DNA of 64,000 nt from Myxococcales bacterium (GCA_047601445.1 JASGJH010000001.1:8224001-8288000); one strand, 5' to 3'; counted from the first letter of the stretch, positions 47,921 to 56,397 are shown. Notes: a model not told the origin generated them from the letters alone. A program made the numbers and translations.

Positions 47921-48121
47921 ATGAAGAAGCAGATCCAGTTCGTGTCGGTTGAAGAAGCTGCCCTTGAGTCCGTGGCCGGTGGCCTGTTGGACATCCTCAA
48001 TGGCTCGCTGAACTGCAACACCATCAACGTGCTCAGCGGCATCACGCTGAACACCAAGGTCGGTGACGTGGCCAGCGACATCCTCAACATCGGCAACGAG
48101 TACTGCCAGAAGTGGTGCTGA
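47921..48121 (+). CDS. Double-glycine leader precursor peptide 1 (66 aa)
   Basis: MKKQIQFVSVEEAALESVAGG | LLDILNGSLNCNTINVLSGITLNTKVGDVASDILNIGNEYCQKWC; RBS ACAGGGGAAA. Confidence 0.9.
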   Translation: MKKQIQFVSVEEAALESVAGGLLDILNGSLNCNTINVLSGITLNTKVGDVASDILNIGNEYCQKWC

Positions 48122-48194
48122 ATCGTGTCTCGCCGGGCAATCGGCGAGCTCGTTTGTTGCCCGCTCTGAAACACAGAAAAACAGGGGAAAAATC

Positions 48195-48386
48195 ATGAAG
48201 AATGAAATGTTCGTTTCGGTGGATGAGAAGGCTCTCGAGACCGTCGCTGGCGGCTTGCTCGACATCCTGAATGGCTCGCTCAACGGCAACACCATCAACG
48301 TGCTCAGCGGCATCTGCGCGAACACCGAGGTGGGCGACGTTCTCAGCCACATCCTCAACATCGGCAACGAGTACGGCTGCTGGTGA
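48195..48386 (+). CDS. Double-glycine leader precursor peptide 2 (63 aa)
   Basis: MKNEMFVSVDEKALETVAGG | LLDILNGSLNGNTINVLSGICANTEVGDVLSHILNIGNEYGCW; RBS ACAGGGGAAA. Confidence 0.9.
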   Translation: MKNEMFVSVDEKALETVAGGLLDILNGSLNGNTINVLSGICANTEVGDVLSHILNIGNEYGCW

Positions 48387-48487
48387 TCGCTCTCGCTCGC
48401 CGGTTCGCCGGCGAGCCCAGGTTTTTCTCGATTCCGTACAAGTCGATTCGCTACGCAACGCTCAAGCAACAACAGGGGAAATCACAA

Positions 48488-48676
48488 ATGAAGAAGCAAG
48501 AAATGTTCGTGTCGGTCGAAGAGATGGCGCTCGAGTCCGTGGCCGGTGGCCTCCTCGACATCGCCAATGGCGCGCTGAACCACAACAACATCAACGTCCT
48601 CAGCGGTCTGAGCCTCAACACCTGCGTTGGCGACGTGCTCAGCCACATCCTCAACATCGGTAACGAGGTCGGCTGA
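48488..48676 (+). CDS. Double-glycine leader precursor peptide 3 (62 aa)
   Basis: MKKQEMFVSVEEMALESVAGG | LLDIANGALNHNNINVLSGLSLNTCVGDVLSHILNIGNEVG; RBS ACAGGGGAAA. Confidence 0.9.
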   Translation: MKKQEMFVSVEEMALESVAGGLLDIANGALNHNNINVLSGLSLNTCVGDVLSHILNIGNEVG

Positions 48677-48769
48677 TCTCGCCACTCGGCCGGGCCGCTG
48701 CCGGCGAGACCGTTTCGATTCGATCCAAGTCAAATAGCGTTTCAGCACAATAAAACAGGGGAAATCACC

Positions 48770-48958
48770 ATGAAGAACCAGGAAATGTTCGTGTCCGTCG
48801 AAGAGAAGTCGCTTGAGTCCGTGGCCGGTGGCCTGCTCGACATCGCCAATGGCGCCGTCAACGGCAACTGCATCAACGTTGCCAGCTTCATCACCGCCAA
48901 CACCTGCGTCGGCGACGTGCTGAGCCACATCCTCAACATCGGTAACGAGGTCGGTTGA
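48770..48958 (+). CDS. Double-glycine leader precursor peptide 4 (62 aa)
   Basis: MKNQEMFVSVEEKSLESVAGG | LLDIANGAVNGNCINVASFITANTCVGDVLSHILNIGNEVG; RBS ACAGGGGAAA. Confidence 0.9.
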   Translation: MKNQEMFVSVEEKSLESVAGGLLDIANGAVNGNCINVASFITANTCVGDVLSHILNIGNEVG

Positions 48959-49171
48959 TCTCGCACCGCCGGCGCTGCCGGCGGAGGCCTTCGCGTCGCG
49001 CGAACCATCCCAAGTCACGAGATCCCGTGGCGTGGGCGCGCGCGGCGCTGCCGTGCTCGTCACGGCTTGCCCGATGGGGATAGAAGGCCGGTCGGCCCAT
49101 GCGATCGGGACTCCATCGGACACTTAGAGATACGCGAAAGTAATTGCAAAGATCACTACAGGGGGAACACC

Positions 49172-49363
49172 ATGAAGAACCAGGAAATGTTCGTTTCGGT
49201 TGACGAGAAGGCTCTTGAGAGCGTCGCGGGCGGACTGCTCGACATCCTCAACGGCGCGCTGAACGGCAACACGATCAACCTGCTCAGCGGCATCGAGCTG
49301 AACACGGCGATCGGCGACGTCCTCAGCAACATCGGCAACATCGGCAACGAGCTCTGCCTCTGA
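49172..49363 (+). CDS. Double-glycine leader precursor peptide 5 (63 aa)
   Basis: MKNQEMFVSVDEKALESVAGG | LLDILNGALNGNTINLLSGIELNTAIGDVLSNIGNIGNELCL; RBS ACAGGGGGAA. Confidence 0.9.
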   Translation: MKNQEMFVSVDEKALESVAGGLLDILNGALNGNTINLLSGIELNTAIGDVLSNIGNIGNELCL

Positions 49364-49371
49364 TACCCGGC

Positions 49372-49417
49372 TGACGTGCAGCAGGCTCGGGGGGGCCTGC
49401 TGCACGTCACCACTTTT
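49372..49417 (+). terminator. Strong stem-loop/terminator between the peptide array and export genes
   Basis: Perfect 15-bp stem TGACGTGCAGCAGGC / GCCTGCTGCACGTCA followed by CCACTTTT. Confidence 0.75.
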
Positions 49418-49547
49418 GGTCTTCACTTCGCGGTTTCTTGTGCCGCGTTTCTCGCACCATGTACCGATACCGAGGCCACGTGCCGTCGCGCTCCCAAGCG
49501 ACCGAGCCTGAGCCGCCCAACAGTTTCCGCAGCGGGAGATTCCTGCC

Positions 49548-50468
49548 ATGTCTGATCGTCTGACGTTTGGGCTAGCCAGCATTCCCATGTTTACCGGCGT
49601 CCTCTTGGTAGGGCTCCTGCAGCGTCCGCCGTCGGTGGAGCTCGACGACGCGCAGAGCGCGCGCAGAGGCACCGCCGCCGTCAACAGCGTCCCGACCGTG
49701 AAGCCCACCGTCGGCGTGGTCACGGCGGGGCAGACCGCGGACCTCAGCGCCGGCTTCGAGGGAAAGGTCACGGAGATCTTCCTCCAGACCGGTACGCGCG
49801 TGAGAGCCGGACAGCCGCTGCTCGAGATCGATCCCAGCATCGCCAAGATCAGTGTGGACCTCGCGAAGGCGGAGCTCGGTCAGCGCAAGTCCGAGGCCCA
49901 GCGCGCCAAGGCGCGGCTCGAGGAGGCTCGCGGAAAGTTCGCGCGCTACACGGCGGGCGCAACCTGGCTTGCCGAGCAAGACGTCGCGTCCGCCAAGTCC
50001 GCCATGCACATGGCGCAGGCCGACCTGAACGCAGCGTACGCAGCCGTGGACATGGTGAAGGCCAAGCTCAAGCAACAGAAGATCTACTCGGAGCGTCACA
50101 AGCTGGTGGCTCCCATCGCTGGGACCGTGATCATTTCCGACGTCGGACCGGGCGACAGCGTCACTTCTGGCCAAGTGCTGGCCCGCGTTGTGAGCGATGA
50201 TCGGGAGGTGCGGTTCGCGCTGCCCCGCGAGTCGTTGCCTGCTTCGTCCCCGGACAAGTTCGAGGTGCTCGTGCAATCGAAGGCTGACAACAGTCAGGTG
50301 CGCGCTCCGGTGTCGAGCGTCAAACCCGAGATCGATCCGGCGGCGCAGCTGGTGTTCGCCACCGCGAGCCTGCCCGCCGAGCAGGTCGGCTCGCTCGCGT
50401 TCATGCCGGGCACGAAGGTCACCGTGGAGCCCATCCTGCCCACGGGGCCCAGCCTGGAGAGCAGGTGA
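49548..50468 (+). CDS. Membrane fusion protein (periplasmic adaptor, RND/HlyD type)
   Basis: LSAGFEGKVTEIFLQTGTRVRAGQPLLEID and LVAPIAGTV...GDSVTSGQVL lipoyl halves around a coiled-coil hairpin. Confidence 0.88.
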   Translation: MSDRLTFGLASIPMFTGVLLVGLLQRPPSVELDDAQSARRGTAAVNSVPTVKPTVGVVTAGQTADLSAGFEGKVTEIFLQTGTRVRAGQPLLEIDPSIAKISVDLAKAELGQRKSEAQRAKARLEEARGKFARYTAGATWLAEQDVASAKSAMHMAQADLNAAYAAVDMVKAKLKQQKIYSERHKLVAPIAGTVIISDVGPGDSVTSGQVLARVVSDDREVRFALPRESLPASSPDKFEVLVQSKADNSQVRAPVSSVKPEIDPAAQLVFATASLPAEQVGSLAFMPGTKVTVEPILPTGPSLESR

Positions 50469-50471
50469 GCC

Positions 50472-51416
50472 ATGGCGCAAGCGCCGCTGTTTCGCCGTGA
50501 GGCCATCGAGCACCAAGCCAAGCGTCACGCCTCGCGCGCCGAGGTCCTGAACATCGGCCCGGCGTCGGTGGAGTGGGGCTTTCGCTTTGCCTGCGTGGTG
50601 ATCACGGTGGCGCTGGCGTTCGTGATCTTGGGGCGCCTCAATGAGTACGCTACCGGACCCGCGCTGGTGCGCCTCGACGGACGCATCCCGATGACGGCCT
50701 CGCACGCGGCGCTGGTGACTCACGTGGAGGTCGCTCCGGGCGACGTGGTGAACCAGGGCGACGTGCTGGTGCGCTTCTACGCCAACGCGGAGACCGCCGA
50801 GCTCGAGGCCGCTTCGCGGGAGTTCGATGACCAACTGCTCAAGCTCCTGCAGCGCCCGGACGACGCGGTGGCCAAGGAATCGCTCGTCTCGCTGCGCACG
50901 CGCAAGGAGCTCGCCAAGAATCGGCTCGAGCAGCTCACTCTGCGCGCGCCACAGCGCGCCATCGTGGGCGACGTTCGGGTACGACCGGGCCAGCTCGTGG
51001 AGCCCGGGATGTCGGCGCTCGAGCTGGTGGACACGCAGGCCAAGGGCGTGGTCATCGCGCTCCTACCAGGGCGCTATCGGCCGATGATCAAGAAGGGCGA
51101 GAGGCTGCGCTTCGAGCTCGATGGCTTTCAGCGCCGCACCCACGAGCTGAAGTTGAGCCACGTGGGCGATCAGATCATCGGTCCCGCCGAAGCCGCCCGC
51201 TATCTGGGCCAGGACCTGGCGGGCGCCTTCGCCATCGCGGGGCCCGTGGTGGTGGTCCAGGCGGAGTTGCCGAAGAACACCTTCGAGGTGGATGGCGAGA
51301 GCTTCAAGTTCGCACAGGGCACCCCTGGCAAGGCCGAGACCGTCGTGCGCTCCGAGCCGATTGCCTACGCCTTCATTCCGGCTCTCAAACAGTGGGTGGA
51401 ACGTGTCTGGAAATAA
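50472..51416 (+). CDS. HlyD-family secretion adaptor
   Basis: N-terminal LFRREAI, one TM, VAPGDVVNQGDVL and LRAPQRAIVGDV...PGQLVEPG motifs. Confidence 0.88.
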   Translation: MAQAPLFRREAIEHQAKRHASRAEVLNIGPASVEWGFRFACVVITVALAFVILGRLNEYATGPALVRLDGRIPMTASHAALVTHVEVAPGDVVNQGDVLVRFYANAETAELEAASREFDDQLLKLLQRPDDAVAKESLVSLRTRKELAKNRLEQLTLRAPQRAIVGDVRVRPGQLVEPGMSALELVDTQAKGVVIALLPGRYRPMIKKGERLRFELDGFQRRTHELKLSHVGDQIIGPAEAARYLGQDLAGAFAIAGPVVVVQAELPKNTFEVDGESFKFAQGTPGKAETVVRSEPIAYAFIPALKQWVERVWK

Positions 51417-53760
51417 TCCTGTCGATGCGCGCGGGCCCAACAACCCGAACCCCAATCCGCCGAAGGCTGCGGGCGACACGAGTGCAGCCAAGCCGGTCAA
51501 GCCCAAGACCAAGCGCGAGGTCCCCTTCGTCGCGCAGCTCACGCCCACCGACTGCGGTGCGGCCAGCTTGAGCGCCGTGCTCTCGTACTACGGCAAGGAG
51601 ATCCCCATCCACGCGGTGCGCACCAGCCTAGGCGGCGGACGCAACGGCGTGACGGCGCGACAACTGCTCACGGCGGCGCGGCAGTTCGGCCTACGCGCCC
51701 GCGCGGTGAACGTGGAGCTCGACAAGCTTCCGTTCTTGCCGCCTGCCAGCATCTTGCACTGGGACCTGAATCACTTCGTGGTCTTCGAGAAGGCCAACAA
51801 GAAGGGCGTCGTGATCGTGGACCCCGGCATGGGCCGGCGCGTGCTCAAGATGGAGGACGTCTCGAAGTCGCTCAGCGGCGTGGGTCTCTTGCTCGAGCCC
51901 GGCGAGGGCTTCGACCAGGTGGCCGGCGAGAAGCGCAGCCGCTTTGGTCGCTACGCCAACTGGATCCTGGGGCACCGCGGTATCTGGCAACGCTTGCTGC
52001 TGACCTCGATGTTCCTGCAGCTGATCGCGCTGTCCGTGCCCGGCTTGATGGGCGCCTTGGTGGACAAGGTAGTCCCGCGAGCGGACGTGGATCTGTTGTC
52101 GCTGGTGAGCGCGGGCTTCCTGAGTATCGGTGCCTTCTACTTTCTGACCACCTTCCTGCGCACCCGGCTGTTGCTACACCTGCGCACCAAGGTGGAAGCC
52201 AGCATGTCGATGGACTTCGTGGAGCACCTGCTGGCGCTGCCCTACACGTTCTTCCAGCAACGAACCACGGGCGACCTGATGATGCGCCTGAGCAGCCAGA
52301 CGGCGATCCGCGAGATCCTCACCTCGGGTGCGCTCTCCGCCATGCTCGACGGCGCGATGGTCACCGTGTACCTGGTGCTGCTGGTGGGCGCGGCGCCGAT
52401 CTTGGCCCTGGTGGCGCTCGGCATCGTCGCGGTGCAAGTGGCGATCTACCTGGTGGCGGGGCGCCGCAACGCAGCCTTGATGGTGGAGTCGCTGGCGGCC
52501 CAGGCGCGGCTCGAGGGGTATCAGGTGGAGATGCTCGCGGGCATCGAGACGCTCAAGTCGATGGGGGCCGCCGACCGCGCTCAAACGCGCTGGAGCGACC
52601 TCTACGTGATCTCGCTCAACAACACGGTGAAGCGAGGAGAGCTCGACGGCATGTTCAGCGCGCTGATCGGCGTGCTGCGCTTTTGCGGTCCCATCTCGTT
52701 GATGCTCACCGGGGCGCATCTGGTGCTCGTCGGCGAGCTGTCCCTCGGCACCATGCTCGGATTGTCGGCGCTCGGCGCGGGCTTCCTCGAGCCCGTGGCC
52801 AATCTGGTGAACACGGGCATGAAGCTCGCTCAGCTCAAGGGCTACATGGAGCGCATCGAAGACGTGCTCGACACGCCCACCGAGCCCAAGCCCGCCCAGG
52901 GCAGCGCACCGGTGACGCGTCTGGTGGGCTCCATCAAGGTCGATGGCCTGGCCTTCGCGTACCCGAGTGAGCCGCGCCCCACGCTCCAGGGCATCACGCT
53001 GGAGATTCAGCCGGGAGAACGCGTGGCCATCGTGGGGGCGTCCGGTTCGGGCAAGTCCACACTGGCGCGCCTGTTGGCCGGGCTATACGAGCCAGGCGCG
53101 GGCAACATCTCCTACGACGACGTGAATGTGAAGAGCTGGGATCTCAATCAGCTGCGCGAGCGTCTGGGCATCGTGACCCAGGACACGCGGCTTTTCTCGG
53201 GCACCATTCGCGACAACCTGACGCTGTTCGATCCCGCCGTGCCGCAGGATGACGTGGAGCGCTCGGTGCGCCTGGCCGCGCTGGATCTCGACATCGCGCG
53301 CATGCCGATGGGCTACGACACGGTGCTGGCTGACGGCGGGAGCTCGCTCTCGGGTGGGCAGCGCCAGCGTGTGTCCCTGGCGCGCGCGCTCCTGCGTCGA
53401 CCGACCATCCTGGTGCTCGACGAGGCCACCAGTGCGCTCGACACCGTGACCGAGGCCCTGGTGCAGGAGCGACTCAAGGAGCTCAAGTGCACGCAGGTCA
53501 TCGTGGCGCATCGACTGAGCACGGTGATGCACGCGGACAAGATCGTGGTGCTCGATCAGGGCCGCATGATCGCGGTGGGCAATCACGACGAGCTCATGCG
53601 GCGCAGCCGCGAGTACCAGTACCTGGTACGGGCCCAGCAGAATGCTCGCCCCGAGGCCGTTCCGCCGGTCACTTCCGACGCCATGACCACCAAGCTCGCG
53701 ATGCCCGAGCCCGGGGCGTCGCAGGAAGAAGTGCTGCCCACGCGTGTGCTGCAACGCTGA
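51403..53760 (+). CDS. Peptidase C39-containing ABC transporter (PCAT)
   Basis: VPFVAQLTPTDCGAASL (Gln/Cys), ILHWDLNHFVV (His), IVDPG (Asp); ABC membrane domain; GASGSGKST, LSGGQRQR, LVLDEATSALD, VAHRLST. GTG start at 51403 inferred. Confidence 0.95.
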   Translation: MSGNNPVDARGPNNPNPNPPKAAGDTSAAKPVKPKTKREVPFVAQLTPTDCGAASLSAVLSYYGKEIPIHAVRTSLGGGRNGVTARQLLTAARQFGLRARAVNVELDKLPFLPPASILHWDLNHFVVFEKANKKGVVIVDPGMGRRVLKMEDVSKSLSGVGLLLEPGEGFDQVAGEKRSRFGRYANWILGHRGIWQRLLLTSMFLQLIALSVPGLMGALVDKVVPRADVDLLSLVSAGFLSIGAFYFLTTFLRTRLLLHLRTKVEASMSMDFVEHLLALPYTFFQQRTTGDLMMRLSSQTAIREILTSGALSAMLDGAMVTVYLVLLVGAAPILALVALGIVAVQVAIYLVAGRRNAALMVESLAAQARLEGYQVEMLAGIETLKSMGAADRAQTRWSDLYVISLNNTVKRGELDGMFSALIGVLRFCGPISLMLTGAHLVLVGELSLGTMLGLSALGAGFLEPVANLVNTGMKLAQLKGYMERIEDVLDTPTEPKPAQGSAPVTRLVGSIKVDGLAFAYPSEPRPTLQGITLEIQPGERVAIVGASGSGKSTLARLLAGLYEPGAGNISYDDVNVKSWDLNQLRERLGIVTQDTRLFSGTIRDNLTLFDPAVPQDDVERSVRLAALDLDIARMPMGYDTVLADGGSSLSGGQRQRVSLARALLRRPTILVLDEATSALDTVTEALVQERLKELKCTQVIVAHRLSTVMHADKIVVLDQGRMIAVGNHDELMRRSREYQYLVRAQQNARPEAVPPVTSDAMTTKLAMPEPGASQEEVLPTRVLQR

Positions 53761-53898
53761 ATTGGCAAGCAGATATCGTTGTGTCTTCGAAAGGCTGCTT
53801 TCAGCGCGTGGTCCAGCTAACTCCTGAATGGCTGCGCTGTCTTTGCTGTGCCTCCTTTTGCTCTCCATGTCAGTCGAGGTGGTTTTAGGCTCGTCGCC

Positions 53899-54366
53899 AT
53901 GCTCAATGCTTATGCTTGGTTTCGGTCGGCCTGCCTCGCCACTTGCGTGCTCGGCCTCGGTGCTTGCGCGCAGCCGCCCCGCGGGCCCGCGGGTGATGGT
54001 TCGGACTTGTCGTCCAGCGAAGGCGACGGTGATGGCGACGGCGACGGCGACTCCAGCGATGGCCCGTCATCCAGCGGCGATGGCGACGGCGACGGCGACT
54101 ACTGGCACAGTGGCGACGGCGACGGCGATACCAGCGGCGAATTCGGATCCGTCGACGGTGGCGCAGGCGGCAACCCGCTGGGGGGGCTCGGCGGCCTCTT
54201 CGGTGGCGGCGGCGCGTCCGACGCGGGCACCCAGCCCACGGGCGACGCGGGCGACTGCGTGAGCAGCCCGCGCGTCTGCTGGGACGTGTTCGACTGCTAC
54301 ATCTTCCACCCCGGCGACCTCGGCTGCGGCTACACGCGCTGCGACGGCTTCGTCTGCAAGCCGTGA
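53899..54366 (+). CDS. Lipoprotein with GD-repeat linker and small Cys-rich C-terminal domain
   Basis: LGLGAC lipobox, GDGDGDGD tracts, C-terminal six-Cys motif. Confidence 0.7.
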   Translation: MLNAYAWFRSACLATCVLGLGACAQPPRGPAGDGSDLSSSEGDGDGDGDGDSSDGPSSSGDGDGDGDYWHSGDGDGDTSGEFGSVDGGAGGNPLGGLGGLFGGGGASDAGTQPTGDAGDCVSSPRVCWDVFDCYIFHPGDLGCGYTRCDGFVCKP

Positions 54367-54379
54367 CCGTTCGCTTTTC

Positions 54380-54460
54380 GGGGAGGTCACGCGACTTCCC
54401 CGCCCGTGGAAGCAAAGCTGCGACGGGACCCACCCCAGCGCGAGGTTCGCTGCGCTCACG
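54380..54460 (+). repeat. Structured intergenic repeat, copy D (full)
   Basis: GGGGAGGTCACGCGACTTCCCCGCCCGTGGAAGCAAAGCTGCGACGGGACCCACCCCAGCGCGAGGTTCGCTGCGCTCACG. Confidence 0.85.
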
Positions 54461-54495
54461 GGTGCGCCTTCAGCGCCATGGAGGCCCCGCGCAGG

Positions 54496-55680
54496 TCAAC
54501 GCTGCGGCGATAGCTTGCGCAGCTTGAGCTGCGCTTCGTCCGCGAAGCGTCCCTTGGGATAGCGGGCCAAGTAGGTCTCGAGCAGGCTCTTCTCTCGTGC
54601 GGGGGCCGCGCGTGGAGCGAGCTGCGCGGCCGCAAAGGCGGCGTTCTCGCCTGCACTCAGGTCGCGGTAGCGCTTGGCGAGGCTTTCATATTGCTTGAGC
54701 GCGCTGGGCAAGTCCTGCTCGAGTAGTGCGATCTCCGCGCGCAGCGTGGCGGCTTCGGCCTGCTCCGGACGCTCGAGTTTCGTGCGCGCGAGGCTGTCGA
54801 GGAGCTTGGTCGCGGCCACGGTCTGTCCCTTGGTCAGGGCTTTACGGGTCTGCGTCAGGATCTGGCGTGCGTTGAGGGCAGGCTCCTCGGAACGTGCCTG
54901 GTTCGCTGCACGCGTGTCGCTGCGCGTTTCAGTCGGGTTGAAGGTGAACGTCGAGCCTGCCGCCAGGTCCCGCGCCAACACCTTGCCCTGCGGGTCGAAG
55001 ATCTGCACGTGCCCCTCGCGCACGCTGACTTCGTCCGGTGTCACGCTGAACTGCGTGCCCAGCACCTGCACGCGGAAGTTCTTGGTGTGCACCCAGAACG
55101 GCGCCCTTGGCGCGGGATCCACGTCGATGTCAACGTGGCCACGCTCGAGCGTCAGCACCGCGCTCTGCGCGTCGAACTGCAGCCTGGAGTCGGCGGCCGC
55201 GTCGACGCGAGCGTGCGCGAACTGCAGCGAGCGCGCCTGATCGATCTCGAGCCAGGTGCCGACCGGGTCGCTCGGGGTCGCTGCCGTGTGGTGGGCCTGC
55301 GGAGCCGCGACCGGTAGCACCGGTTTGGTGGCTACGGGCTCGCTGCGCGTGCCGAACCAAATCACAAGCCCCGCGGCGGCCGCCGCGCTCACTAGACCGA
55401 GCGTGGCCAGCGTGCGACCCGGACCCGGACGCAACGAGATCACACGGCGCTGCCCGGCACGCTCGAGCGCACGAGAGAGCGCACGCTCACGCGAGGACTC
55501 GCCGAGGGTGGGCGACACGCGCGCGAAGATTGCCTGCGAATCGCGGCTCAGGCTCAGCTCCGCGCGGCACTCGGAGCACCCTTGCAGGTGCTGCTCGAGC
55601 CGCAGTCGCGCGGCTGCGCTGAGCCCCTCGGGATCGACACCGATCAGTTCCTCGACATCGCGGCAGCTACTTCTATTCAT
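54496..55680 (-). CDS. FecR-domain anti-sigma factor (N-terminal zinc finger, C-terminal TPR)
   Basis: HLQGCSEC (HxxxCxxC), TM, VQVLGTQFSV and VSVREGHV FecR motifs, YLARYPKG TPR end. Confidence 0.85.
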   Translation of the reverse strand: MNRSSCRDVEELIGVDPEGLSAAARLRLEQHLQGCSECRAELSLSRDSQAIFARVSPTLGESSRERALSRALERAGQRRVISLRPGPGRTLATLGLVSAAAAAGLVIWFGTRSEPVATKPVLPVAAPQAHHTAATPSDPVGTWLEIDQARSLQFAHARVDAAADSRLQFDAQSAVLTLERGHVDIDVDPAPRAPFWVHTKNFRVQVLGTQFSVTPDEVSVREGHVQIFDPQGKVLARDLAAGSTFTFNPTETRSDTRAANQARSEEPALNARQILTQTRKALTKGQTVAATKLLDSLARTKLERPEQAEAATLRAEIALLEQDLPSALKQYESLAKRYRDLSAGENAAFAAAQLAPRAAPAREKSLLETYLARYPKGRFADEAQLKLRKLSPQR

Positions 55681-56296
55681 GTTCTGCCTCTCCGTACTCG
55701 GCGAGCCAATGACGGGCCTGAGGGTCCTTGCGCAGACGCGCGAAGAGCTTGCGGCGTGCCCACATCACGCGTGACTTGGTGGTGGAGAGATTGCTGTCCA
55801 TCAACGCCGCGACCTCTTCCATACTGTGGCCTTCGACCTGGAAAAGGATGAAAGCCATGTGATGTTTCGCATCCAGGCTCTCGAGATGTTCCCGCAACAG
55901 GGCAAGACGACGCTTGGCTTCGGTATCTTCGCTGGGAGATGGTTGGCCAGCTGTCAGTTGTCCGCCCTCGATGACCTCGAGCTCCGTCCGCCGCTTTTTC
56001 CAGGGGCTCTTCAAGTGGTGCAAAGCCGTGCGCACCGCGATGCGCGTGAGCCAGGTGCGGACCTTGGCCTCGCCCCGAAACTGGGGGAACGCCACGATGG
56101 CCTGCTCCAGGGTGAGCTGCAGCAGGTCCTCCAGGTCGGAGCGCGTGGACACGAAGCGCGATAGGACGCGTTCCACGAAGGGGCTCTCGGTGCGCAGGAC
56201 CTGCGCCAAGGCCGCACGCTCTCCCCGCCGGCAGCCCTCGATTACGGCGGGGCTGTAGACCTCGCTCTCTCGAATGGGCTTGGCGTCGGGCTTCAC
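55673..56296 (-). CDS. ECF RNA polymerase sigma factor
   Basis: EDLLQ, FRGEAKVRTWLTRIA (region 2), EGHSMEEVA...TTKSRV..AR (region 4). Confidence 0.9.
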   Translation of the reverse strand: MKPDAKPIRESEVYSPAVIEGCRRGERAALAQVLRTESPFVERVLSRFVSTRSDLEDLLQLTLEQAIVAFPQFRGEAKVRTWLTRIAVRTALHHLKSPWKKRRTELEVIEGGQLTAGQPSPSEDTEAKRRLALLREHLESLDAKHHMAFILFQVEGHSMEEVAALMDSNLSTTKSRVMWARRKLFARLRKDPQARHWLAEYGEAEHE

Positions 56297-56397
56297 AGGC
56301 TTCCTTAGTGGATCATCCTAGCCGTTTGGTTGAAGCCGAAAAAGAACCCGACGCCCCGGAGGAAGTGCCCAGTTTTCGGGAAGAAACGGGAACACTC

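Noticed and set aside
47921..49363. Regularly spaced nucleotide repeats resembling a CRISPR array
   Set aside because: Units are ~190-nt ORFs with RBS and synonymous variation, not short identical repeats with unique spacers; no cas genes.
47921..53760. Lanthipeptide or other modified RiPP cluster
   Set aside because: No tailoring enzyme adjacent and Cys positions are not conserved between cores. A trans-acting enzyme elsewhere cannot be excluded. The only radical SAM gene in the window is a clear MoaA.
54020..54130. GGCGAC hexamer tandem repeats as a VNTR or phase-variation locus
   Set aside because: In-frame Gly-Asp linker with synonymous variation, typical of low-complexity lipoprotein tethers.
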